A stretch of DNA of 32,000 bases from Candidatus Saccharimonadota bacterium (GCA_963698035.1 OY969114.1:390001-422000), one strand, 5' to 3'. Shown: positions 13,901 through 21,383, counted from the first letter of the stretch. Notes: generated by a model not told the origin, from the letters alone. A program made the numbers and translations.

Positions 13901-15920
13901 AGCTTTCTCCCTTCAATCTTTTACTGAGCTTTACCAGCTCCTTTGTCCTCTCTGGGTCGTACCTTGGCCTTCTACGCCATTTCCTTGTTGCAGAGTAAGC
14001 TATTAATATGACTGCTATCGTGACCACGGCTCCTGCCATGGCCTCCACGTAGTGCAGATTTATGCTTACTTTGGTAACCGTGATGGGTATGGTGGTTACC
14101 GAGTTCTTCGTTGAGCTAGGCACCACTAATACAGGTATAGATTCGGTGATGTTCGCACTACCTGCCCTTGCATAGAGGTAGAAGAGCAGCGTTCCGGTGT
14201 AGTTACCCACGTTGACCATAAAGGTCTGGTTGAGGAGCTGGTTGGGCGCCGAGTACATGGTGTATATTGGGTTGATTATGCGCACTGATAGAGGCCCAGT
14301 AAGATAGAGGCTCACATTCTGCGGAGTGGTTCCGGTGTAGTAGAGAGAGGCGGATATGTGGCTGGTCGAACTCGTGTAGAAGGTTGGCGCGGTGATGCTA
14401 ACTATCTTCAAGATGCTCTGCGGCCCTACAGACGATGGCACAGAGAATATGTTTTGCGCATAGGTAAACAGGCTTGGCCTCAGCGGGTTGTTGACACTGT
14501 AGTAGGCATATGTCGCCTGGCCGGACGGCAGATAGGAGATAAACCAAGTTATCGTGTAGCCCGAAGAGCTCGAGGATATGTTGTATGGAAGGCCGGTCGC
14601 AGATATCTGTGAGAGATTTGAGGCCACAGCAGCCGGTATAAAGGTCATAAGCGTTGCGTTCCTTATCGTAGAATTGCCGTTATTTGATGTCTGAATTATG
14701 CTGCTTGACGTCCTGAGCGAATTCGTCATGTAGGTCTGGCCCAGTACCTGCACGCCATTCTGCAGCCTTCCATACACAATGAACGTCATATACTCTGTGT
14801 ATCTGCTGGCAGCCGCATTTTGCGCAGCAACGTCTATCATCAGCGGTATCACATAGGTGCCAGGCAGGGTCTGATTGGCCGTCCTGAACAGCACCTGCAC
14901 AATCGCGGTATGCCCAGGCAGGAGGTAGACGCTATTATCTGAGAGCGTTACCAGATAGGTAAAGTTTTTGCTTATGCTGAAGTTAACATATTCCGGCACC
15001 GTTGCATTAGATGTAACTTCTATCTGCGTAGTAAGTCCCTGTCCCTTAACAGCAGAAGTCACCATCGGAATGGTCTGTATGGCGACTCCGCTTATTGGAG
15101 TAGGCGCTGGCGCCGCCCCGGCCGCTCCGCCACCGCCTCCCCCCGGAGACGGAGGACTCGGCTGGGTCACAGTAAATGTTGCATTTCTGACATTTGACAT
15201 CCTTAAAGGTACATTTCCAGGGTAGTAGCTCGCCACCACATTTGCGGTGTAGCTGCCGACTGCAGAGGTAGCGCCGGTGATTTGGGCACTATAAATGGAT
15301 GTTTGCCCCGGATCGAGCGAAGTTAGCGAGAAATTCTCACTAAACGGGGCAGGCCCTGCTGTCGACAAGGTCAGTATTATGTTGGTAGCTGAAAGTTGCC
15401 CATTGTTCCTTAATCCTACACTGATGCTGAGTGGCGCCCCCAAGTTCACGCTAGACGCCGTCGAAAAATTGGTTATGCTCAAATTAGCTTCATTCAAGAG
15501 GAGAAAATACTCCGAGATCACGTTGCTGTATCCTAACGACGCGAAGCTAAGGGTGGCACTGTACGTTCCGTTCACAAAACCAACAGCATTGAACGAGAAT
15601 GGAACCGTTTCCACAATTTGGCTGACCGGGCCAGAGTACAATAACGCATTGTACACAATTGCGCCGGTAGTCTGGTTCCTTATTATAAAATTGCCGGTGG
15701 CGTTGGATAAGCTGCACGAGCTAAGGGTATAAATTGTATAATTGGTGTTTATGATCCAAGTATTCACATACGCCGACTTTATCCCAAGATTAAGGGCAAA
15801 GGGACACGGCACATTCACGTTGGCATAAAGGGAACCCGATGTAGAGCCATAAGAGATTGCGGCGCCTATTATTGTTGCCAGCATCAGCATTGGCAGTACG
15901 TAGGCTTCACGTCGCATCAT
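13893..15920 (-). CDS. large type-I membrane surface protein with CARDB-like beta-sandwich repeats
   Basis: 675 aa. Signal MMRREAYVLPMLMLATIIGAAISYG. Segments such as VNLGAPLSISVGLRNNGQLSATNIILTL...LDPGQTSIYSAQI...GSYTANV fit the CARDB/COG1361 pattern. A linker PSPPSPGGGGGGAAGAAPAPTP, a C-terminal TM helix and a 31-aa basic tail TRKWRRRPRYDPERTKELVKLSKRLKGESYE follow. Confidence 0.65.
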   Translation of the reverse strand: MMRREAYVLPMLMLATIIGAAISYGSTSGSLYANVNVPCPFALNLGIKSAYVNTWIINTNYTIYTLSSCSLSNATGNFIIRNQTTGAIVYNALLYSGPVSQIVETVPFSFNAVGFVNGTYSATLSFASLGYSNVISEYFLLLNEANLSITNFSTASSVNLGAPLSISVGLRNNGQLSATNIILTLSTAGPAPFSENFSLTSLDPGQTSIYSAQITGATSAVGSYTANVVASYYPGNVPLRMSNVRNATFTVTQPSPPSPGGGGGGAAGAAPAPTPISGVAIQTIPMVTSAVKGQGLTTQIEVTSNATVPEYVNFSISKNFTYLVTLSDNSVYLLPGHTAIVQVLFRTANQTLPGTYVIPLMIDVAAQNAAASRYTEYMTFIVYGRLQNGVQVLGQTYMTNSLRTSSSIIQTSNNGNSTIRNATLMTFIPAAVASNLSQISATGLPYNISSSSSGYTITWFISYLPSGQATYAYYSVNNPLRPSLFTYAQNIFSVPSSVGPQSILKIVSITAPTFYTSSTSHISASLYYTGTTPQNVSLYLTGPLSVRIINPIYTMYSAPNQLLNQTFMVNVGNYTGTLLFYLYARAGSANITESIPVLVVPSSTKNSVTTIPITVTKVSINLHYVEAMAGAVVTIAVILIAYSATRKWRRRPRYDPERTKELVKLSKRLKGESYE

Positions 15921-15950
15921 TAAGCACTCAAACGAATTAGCAGTATCTGC

Positions 15951-15960
15951 CTATATAAAC
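15951..15960 (-). promoter_or_regulatory. TATA-like element for the 675-aa gene
   Basis: The minus strand reads gtttatatag about 31 nt upstream of ATG 15920. Confidence 0.3.
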
Positions 15961-16007
15961 TCAAATAACTTTCCTTTTTCCGGCAAAAACAGATCGCCCT
16001 AAAAGAG

Positions 16008-16082
16008 CGGGTCCAGGGGGATTCGGACCCCCGGCCTGCTGGTTAAGAGCCAGCCGCTCTAGCCAGGCTGAGCTATGGACCC
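16008..16082 (-). tRNA. tRNA-Lys (anticodon CTT)
   Basis: The reverse complement folds as GGGTCCA-TA-GCTC-AGCCTGGCTA-GAGC-G-GCTGG-CTCTTAA-CCAGC-AGGCC-GGGGG-TCCGAAT-CCCCC-TGGACCC-G. All stems are perfect. The T-loop reads TCC instead of the usual TTC. Confidence 0.85.
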
Positions 16083-16109
16083 ACGAATCAAATTTAGGCG
16101 CATTTCATA

Positions 16110-16496
16110 TTAATACTTTCGTCTGAAGAGCAAGAATATGCAGATCGCTATTATTGCATCTAGCGTAAGGCAGTACACGCATATCTTACTCAGCATGTAC
16201 ATTGAGAAGAAGGAGTATATTATGCCACCTATGCCTATCAGGAACCACATCTCTGTAAGCGCCCTAAGTTTTCCAGACCGAACAAGGAAGAACCCGACCG
16301 CGAACCATATGATGGAGTAAACTGCCAGCGGAATCCCGAAGGCCACCGAATAGCTACTCGTTATCACCGCCGAGCAGTTTACTATCGACGATTTGAAGCA
16401 CGCGAGGTATCCAGGATAGTAATGAACGTAGGTCAGGTACGCAGATATCACTATGCCTGCAAACAGCAATGCCTCAAGAAGCGTTATCTTTCTCAA
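16110..16496 (-). CDS. vitamin K epoxide reductase (VKOR) family protein
   Basis: 128 aa with four predicted TM helices. Loop Cys pair C33/C41, SSYSVAFGIPLA, and a CVYC redox motif (C106/C109). The only possible start before TM1 is TTG 16496, 7 nt after the radical-SAM stop. Confidence 0.75.
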   Translation of the reverse strand: MRKITLLEALLFAGIVISAYLTYVHYYPGYLACFKSSIVNCSAVITSSYSVAFGIPLAVYSIIWFAVGFFLVRSGKLRALTEMWFLIGIGGIIYSFFSMYMLSKICVYCLTLDAIIAICIFLLFRRKY

Positions 16497-16503
16497 GCGA
16501 CCA

Positions 16504-17559
16504 TCAGTAGAGTACCTTTATCTCCTCATATCTAAATTTCTTTGGAGGCTTACCCGCTATAGGTATGCTATTCCCGCACTTGAGGCAGCGCATCTGTGCG
16601 TCAAGGTGCCAGCCAATAACGTAGTGCCCGGCTCTCTCAACTGCAACCGCATTGCACTTAGGGCAGTACGTGTTTTCGTATGGGTTGCCGGGAACATTGC
16701 CGATGTAGACATATTCAAGCCCGTTCTTCTTTGCTATTTCATAGTGCTTTTTCAGTGTAGCGAAGCTGGTTTCTTCATAGTCAAGCATCTTGTAATCCGG
16801 ATGGAACCGGATGAATTGCATTGGAATGTCTGTGCCTGCCTCATCTGCAATCCACTTTGTAAGCTTGTCGCACGCCCCGAGCGAGTCTCCAACTCTTGGA
16901 ATTATCAGGTCGGTCAGCTCTACGTGTATGCCTGCCTTGCGCAATTCAATTATCGACTCCTTGACTGGCTCATTGGACACCACGGCCTCAAACCTGTTTG
17001 CGAACTTCTGCTCACAATTTCCCTTCAAGTCAACAACAGCCGCATCTATCAGCCCCCTCATTTCAGATATGGTCTCCTTTGTCATGTATCCGTTCGTTAC
17101 AAAAAGGTTGTAGAGCCCCCTCTTGTGCGCCGCCTTTGCTACGTCAAGCGCGTATTCAATAAATATCGTCGGTTCATTGTAGGTGTAGGCTATGCATTCG
17201 GTCCCATTCTCTATGGCAAGCTCTACCACCCCCTCGGGGCTCATCTCAACTCCTTGGATCTCCTTATCTTTGGAGATGTTGTGGTTCTGGCAAAAGAGGC
17301 AACCCCAATTGCACGAAGATGTTCCAATCCCAAGGACGTAGCTACCAGGCATAAAGTGACTGAACGGCTTTTTCTCTATCGGATCCACCTGCATCGCAGA
17401 TATTATCCCATAATTTATCAGATTGAGCTTGCCATCCATGTTTTTCCTAACAAAACAGAACCCATTAGACCCGTTCGGTATCCTGCAACGTCTTGCGCAG
17501 GCTACGCATTCAACCTTTTTATCCGGCAAAGGGTTCCAGAGGACTGCTTTCTTTATCAT
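16504..17559 (-). CDS. AmmeMemoRadiSam-system radical SAM enzyme (PflA-like, COG1180)
   Basis: 351 aa. N-terminal CVACARRC, radical SAM cluster CNWGCLFC, YTYNEPTIFIEY, and a C-terminal zinc ribbon CPKC...CLKC. Confidence 0.85.
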   Translation of the reverse strand: MIKKAVLWNPLPDKKVECVACARRCRIPNGSNGFCFVRKNMDGKLNLINYGIISAMQVDPIEKKPFSHFMPGSYVLGIGTSSCNWGCLFCQNHNISKDKEIQGVEMSPEGVVELAIENGTECIAYTYNEPTIFIEYALDVAKAAHKRGLYNLFVTNGYMTKETISEMRGLIDAAVVDLKGNCEQKFANRFEAVVSNEPVKESIIELRKAGIHVELTDLIIPRVGDSLGACDKLTKWIADEAGTDIPMQFIRFHPDYKMLDYEETSFATLKKHYEIAKKNGLEYVYIGNVPGNPYENTYCPKCNAVAVERAGHYVIGWHLDAQMRCLKCGNSIPIAGKPPKKFRYEEIKVLY

Positions 17560-17594
17560 CAGTATTACTTATCTTGAATAATATTTAACGCTTA

Positions 17595-17605
17595 CTGAAA
17601 ATGAG
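17595..17605. repeat. 11-bp direct repeat, left copy (putative target-site duplication)
   Basis: ctgaaaatgag is identical to 21373..21383 and directly abuts the left terminal inverted repeat. Confidence 0.75.
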
Positions 17606-17624
17606 GCTTTGTCCGAGAAGTATC
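17606..17624. repeat. left terminal inverted repeat
   Basis: gctttgtccgagaagtatc. The reverse complement of 21354..21372 is gctttgtccgtaaagtatc, so the first 10 nt are identical and there are 2 mismatches overall. Confidence 0.75.
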
Positions 17625-17678
17625 CACAAAGTGCTACTTATTGGACAGAAAAGCGACTTTCTGGACAGAGGTGTGTAA

Positions 17679-18245
17679 ATGAATAGGTTTTACACACTTA
17701 AAGGCTCTTTTACAGCAGATAAGATTACCTATTCCCTTAGGGCAAATGTATTTAAGGGTTGTATCAAAAGTAAATATGTGTCTGATAGCAAATTCTATTA
17801 TTATAGAATGTGGTGTAGAGACCGTGGATATAATAAAAGTCTCCCCGCTTTAATTGAAAGAGAAGACTGGGAGGACAACACCAAAAAGTATAAAGTAGAC
17901 CACAGTGATGGGACTTTAGACGAAATTGTAATAGAAAAAACAAGTAGTGGGTATTTTGGCAAGATAATAAGAACTAAACCAAAACAACAATACTTCGGTA
18001 AAAACGAAGGAGAAAAGAAAGTCGAAGTGCTAAAAACCGATTCAGAATTAATTGGGGAAAGAGCAAGAGAAATTACATACCTCGCATTTTTGCCTTATAA
18101 TTTAAACGATTTGCTCTTTTTGATAGAGCTTCATTTCGGAAGTCGAGGAATGAGAACAGTAAGGAAGTTTTTTGAACAATGTATATCACAACCATATGAT
18201 ATCAAAGCAGAACCTCTCAAAGTTCGTTCAAAAGAAGTTAGATGA
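17679..18245 (+). CDS. hypothetical protein (188 aa), no recognisable domain
   Basis: AT-rich codon usage like the neighbouring R-M gene. AGAGGTG lies 6 nt upstream of the ATG. The gene ends 35 nt upstream of the R-M gene on the same strand. I recognise no motif. Confidence 0.5.
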   Translation: MNRFYTLKGSFTADKITYSLRANVFKGCIKSKYVSDSKFYYYRMWCRDRGYNKSLPALIEREDWEDNTKKYKVDHSDGTLDEIVIEKTSSGYFGKIIRTKPKQQYFGKNEGEKKVEVLKTDSELIGERAREITYLAFLPYNLNDLLFLIELHFGSRGMRTVRKFFEQCISQPYDIKAEPLKVRSKEVR

Positions 18246-18280
18246 AGAAATAGACGTTCAGGGTTGGAAAGAGGATTAAT

Positions 18281-21200
18281 ATGACATTTACGCCTCTCTC
18301 AAAAGATGAAGCGAGGATAAAACTCAAAGAACTCGTAGAGCAGTTTGAAAATAATCTAACGGCTTATGAGAGTTCTGTGTATAAAGAAAGTCGTGTAGAA
18401 AGCGATTATATTGAAAAATTCTTTACCATTCTTGGATGGGATGTAAATAATGATAACGGCTATTCGGAATTATACAGAGATGTTATAAAAAGAGAAAATG
18501 TTGAGATAAAAGGACACCATAAAGAAGCCGATTATGCCTTTACGATAGGAGGAAGTAATATCGCATTTTTTGTAGAAGCAAAAAAGCCATCGGTTGATGT
18601 AAATCATTCAAAAGAACCTGCGTATCAAATTAGGAATTATGCTTGGAATAGTAAAAATCCTGTTTCTATCCTTACAAACTTCAAGGAGTTCTCTATTTAC
18701 GATTGCAGAATAAAACCTAATGAAAAGGATGACTCAAGAGTAGCGAGAATATCCTATATAACCTTTAAAGAGTATTTAGATAAGTTTGATTTTCTCTATG
18801 ATACTTTTTCGCAATCTGCTGTTAAAAAAGGTAGCCTTGAAAGATACATAGACAAATCAAACAAATCTGTTTCTGAAGTAGATGATGAGTTCTTAAAAGA
18901 GTTAGAACTATGGAGAAAAGACCTTGCTAAAGATATCGCAATAAACAATTCAAAATTAACAATTGCTGAATTGAATTATGCGGTTCAAATGATATTAAAC
19001 AGAATCCTTTTTCTTAGAATAGCAGAAGACAAGAGCATAGAGAAGGAAGATACACTAAAGACTATTTCAGATAGCAAAAATATCTATAGGAAACTTTTGG
19101 ATTATTTTGAGGAAGCTGATACAAAATATAATAGTGGTATATTTGATTTTGAATTGGATAAAATAACACCAGATTTGAAAATTGATGATAATACTCTAAA
19201 GAAGATAGTAGAGAATCTTTATTATCCTAAATCACCATACAATTTTAAAGTAATCAGTATCGAAATATTAGGAAGTGCCTATGAAAGATTCTTAGGAAAT
19301 ACATTAAGACTTACTGCATCTCATCAAGTAAAAGTAGAGCAAAAACCACTTGTTAAGAAATCTGGTGGGATTTATTACACACCTGAATTTGTTGTTGATT
19401 ACATAATCAAAAATACACTTGGTAAAAGAATAGAGGGTAAAACGCCAGAGCAAATAAAAGATATACGAATTTTGGATATGGCTTGCGGTTCTGGAACATT
19501 TTTGGTTAGAGCATACAAATATCTTTTAGATTATATCCTCGATTATTACCTCAAGGATAAAGCTAAATACAAAAATAAGATATATCAATTACCAAATAAC
19601 CAATATTCTTTGACTACTGACTTAAAGAAAAAGATATTGCTGAATAGCGTTTTTGGTATAGATATCGACTCTCAAGCTGTCGAGATAACAAAACTGAGTC
19701 TTCTATTGAAGGTTTTGGAAAACGAAACAAAAGATAGTGTTAATAGACAACTAAAACTTTTCAAAGAGCGAGCCTTGCCTAATCTTGATAAGAACATAAG
19801 ATGTGGAAACTCAATAGTAGATTCATCATACTTTAATCAGAGTAATTTTAATGATGATGCTGAAAAGAAGCAAAGGCTTAATCCTTTTGATTGGGATAGT
19901 GTAGAAAATGGTTTTGGCTATCTTGGTAATATCAAATTTGATATTATAATAGGAAACCCGCCTTATGTCAAAGAATATACATATAGAGAGCCATTCGAAG
20001 ATGTAAAGCAAACAGACCTAAAGAAATATTATCAAGGGAAAATGGATTTATGGTATATATTTACTTGTGAATCAATAGACCTACTGAAAGAACACGGCTT
20101 CCATAGTTATATCGCACTTAATAATTGGATAACTAATTCTGGAGCTTCAAAACTAAGGGATAAGATACTGACTGATACAAAAATGCTATCATTCTTCGAC
20201 TTTAATGAATATCAGGTTTTCAAAAAGAAAGCAAGCAATCAAACAATGGTCTTTGTATTGGAAAAGGATTCAAGGATAAAGCCATACTATACTGAATATT
20301 TCAGAGTCTTAGATAAGAAGATTACGAAGGGAGAGTTAATCAGTTATTTTAATTCAAAAGAAGGTAATAAAATTGAACGTTATAAAGTTCTGATAAATCC
20401 GAAAGAGTTGAAAGACAAGAAAATAAACTTCATAAATTCGGGGATTGGGGAAGTCATAGGCAAAATAGCTGGTAAAGCTAATTATTTCCTTACAGAAAAG
20501 AATGTCGCACAAGGCATAGTAAGTCCTCAAGAATATGTGTTAGAGTCTCATCTTAAGTATCTTAGTTCTGGTGTTAAAAAGGATGAGGGCATATTTGTTT
20601 TGAAGCAGTCAGAGGTTAAGGCTCTTGGATTGAATCATAGTGAAAATGAAATTATCAAACCATTTTATACAACAAACCAACTACATAGATATTACGCCGA
20701 CCAAAAGAATGATTTATGGATAATATACGCAGATATGAATGTCCGCAAGAGCATAAGAGATTATCCGCATATAAAGGAACATCTTGACAGATTTAGAAAG
20801 GTTATGACATCAGATTTCAAACCTTATGGATTGCACAGAGCAAGAGAGCCTAAGTTCTTCGAAGGTAGCAAAATTCTATCACTAAGGAAAACAGATAGAC
20901 CATTCTTTACCTATGCAGATTTCCCCTGTTATGTATCTCAAACGTATTTCATAATCAAACCAGACGATATTGACTTGAAATACCTTACAGGTCTTCTTAA
21001 TTCTAACTTGATATTCTTTTGGCTAAAGCATAAGGGTAAGAAACAAGGAAATCAATTACAAGTAGATAAAGAACCTCTACTTGAAATTCCCATATATAAA
21101 CCCGACAAGAACGAAAATGGCATAAAAGATGATATAGCACAACTTGTTGATAAGATAATCAATCTTGAAAAACAGAAGCATAATGTAAGGTTGGATTCTG

Positions 21201-21319
21201 ATAAAAGGGTTATAGAGCAAGAAATATCCTCTTACGAAAAACAGATAAACAAGTTAGTATATAAACTCTATAAAATAGAAAATTACTCTGAGACTATAGA
21301 AAGCGATGTGAAATTATGA
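18281..21319 (+). CDS. type IIG restriction-modification enzyme (fused PD-ExK nuclease, gamma-class N6-adenine methyltransferase and target-recognition domain; Eco57I/BpuSI/MmeI-like)
   Basis: 1012 aa. N-terminal nuclease motif EADYAF...FFVEAKKPS (D...ExK). Methyltransferase motifs GIYYTPEFVVDYII, ILDMACGSGTFLV (motif I), FGIDIDSQAVEITKLSL and IIGNPPYVKE (motif IV). A roughly 400-aa C-terminal region is a plausible TRD. GGAAAGAGGA lies upstream of the ATG. Confidence 0.85.
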   Translation: MTFTPLSKDEARIKLKELVEQFENNLTAYESSVYKESRVESDYIEKFFTILGWDVNNDNGYSELYRDVIKRENVEIKGHHKEADYAFTIGGSNIAFFVEAKKPSVDVNHSKEPAYQIRNYAWNSKNPVSILTNFKEFSIYDCRIKPNEKDDSRVARISYITFKEYLDKFDFLYDTFSQSAVKKGSLERYIDKSNKSVSEVDDEFLKELELWRKDLAKDIAINNSKLTIAELNYAVQMILNRILFLRIAEDKSIEKEDTLKTISDSKNIYRKLLDYFEEADTKYNSGIFDFELDKITPDLKIDDNTLKKIVENLYYPKSPYNFKVISIEILGSAYERFLGNTLRLTASHQVKVEQKPLVKKSGGIYYTPEFVVDYIIKNTLGKRIEGKTPEQIKDIRILDMACGSGTFLVRAYKYLLDYILDYYLKDKAKYKNKIYQLPNNQYSLTTDLKKKILLNSVFGIDIDSQAVEITKLSLLLKVLENETKDSVNRQLKLFKERALPNLDKNIRCGNSIVDSSYFNQSNFNDDAEKKQRLNPFDWDSVENGFGYLGNIKFDIIIGNPPYVKEYTYREPFEDVKQTDLKKYYQGKMDLWYIFTCESIDLLKEHGFHSYIALNNWITNSGASKLRDKILTDTKMLSFFDFNEYQVFKKKASNQTMVFVLEKDSRIKPYYTEYFRVLDKKITKGELISYFNSKEGNKIERYKVLINPKELKDKKINFINSGIGEVIGKIAGKANYFLTEKNVAQGIVSPQEYVLESHLKYLSSGVKKDEGIFVLKQSEVKALGLNHSENEIIKPFYTTNQLHRYYADQKNDLWIIYADMNVRKSIRDYPHIKEHLDRFRKVMTSDFKPYGLHRAREPKFFEGSKILSLRKTDRPFFTYADFPCYVSQTYFIIKPDDIDLKYLTGLLNSNLIFFWLKHKGKKQGNQLQVDKEPLLEIPIYKPDKNENGIKDDIAQLVDKIINLEKQKHNVRLDSDKRVIEQEISSYEKQINKLVYKLYKIENYSETIESDVKL

Positions 21320-21353
21320 CTTTATGGACAAGATTGACACTTTACGGACAAAC

Positions 21354-21372
21354 GATACTTTACGGACAAAGC
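21354..21372. repeat. right terminal inverted repeat
   Basis: gatactttacggacaaagc. See the left TIR. Confidence 0.75.
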
Positions 21373-21383
21373 CTGAAAATGAG
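21373..21383. repeat. 11-bp direct repeat, right copy
   Basis: ctgaaaatgag is identical to 17595..17605. Confidence 0.75.

Larger units (their letters stand above)
17606..21372. mobile_element. 3.77-kb AT-rich insertion with terminal inverted repeats, carrying a type IIG R-M gene and an unknown ORF (no recombinase)
   Basis: Bounded by TIRs gctttgtccgAGaagtatc (17606..17624) and gatactttacggacaaagc (21354..21372), matching 17/19 as reverse complements, and flanked by identical 11-bp direct repeats. Spot counts of 60-nt lines give about 23-33% G+C inside and about 47-60% in the flanking genes. Confidence 0.65.

Noticed and set aside
13893-14040. PGF-CTERM/archaeosortase-type sorting signals at the C-termini of the anchored surface proteins
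   Set aside because: The C-termini have a TM helix plus a basic tail but lack the PGF (or similar) tripeptide before the helix, so they are treated as plain TM anchors.
16453-17577. 374-aa plus-strand ORF, the longest unannotated ORF in the track
   Set aside because: It lies exactly antisense to the strongly supported radical SAM gene. It has an odd Arg/Cys/Leu-rich composition and no motif, so it is a mirror-frame artefact.
21319-21372. Three direct 14-bp repeats considered as a mini CRISPR-like array or iteron origin
   Set aside because: The spacing of 18-20 bp leaves almost no spacer. Related copies also occur at the other end of the insertion, one of them inverted, so they are better explained as transposon-end or operator sites (reported as a finding).
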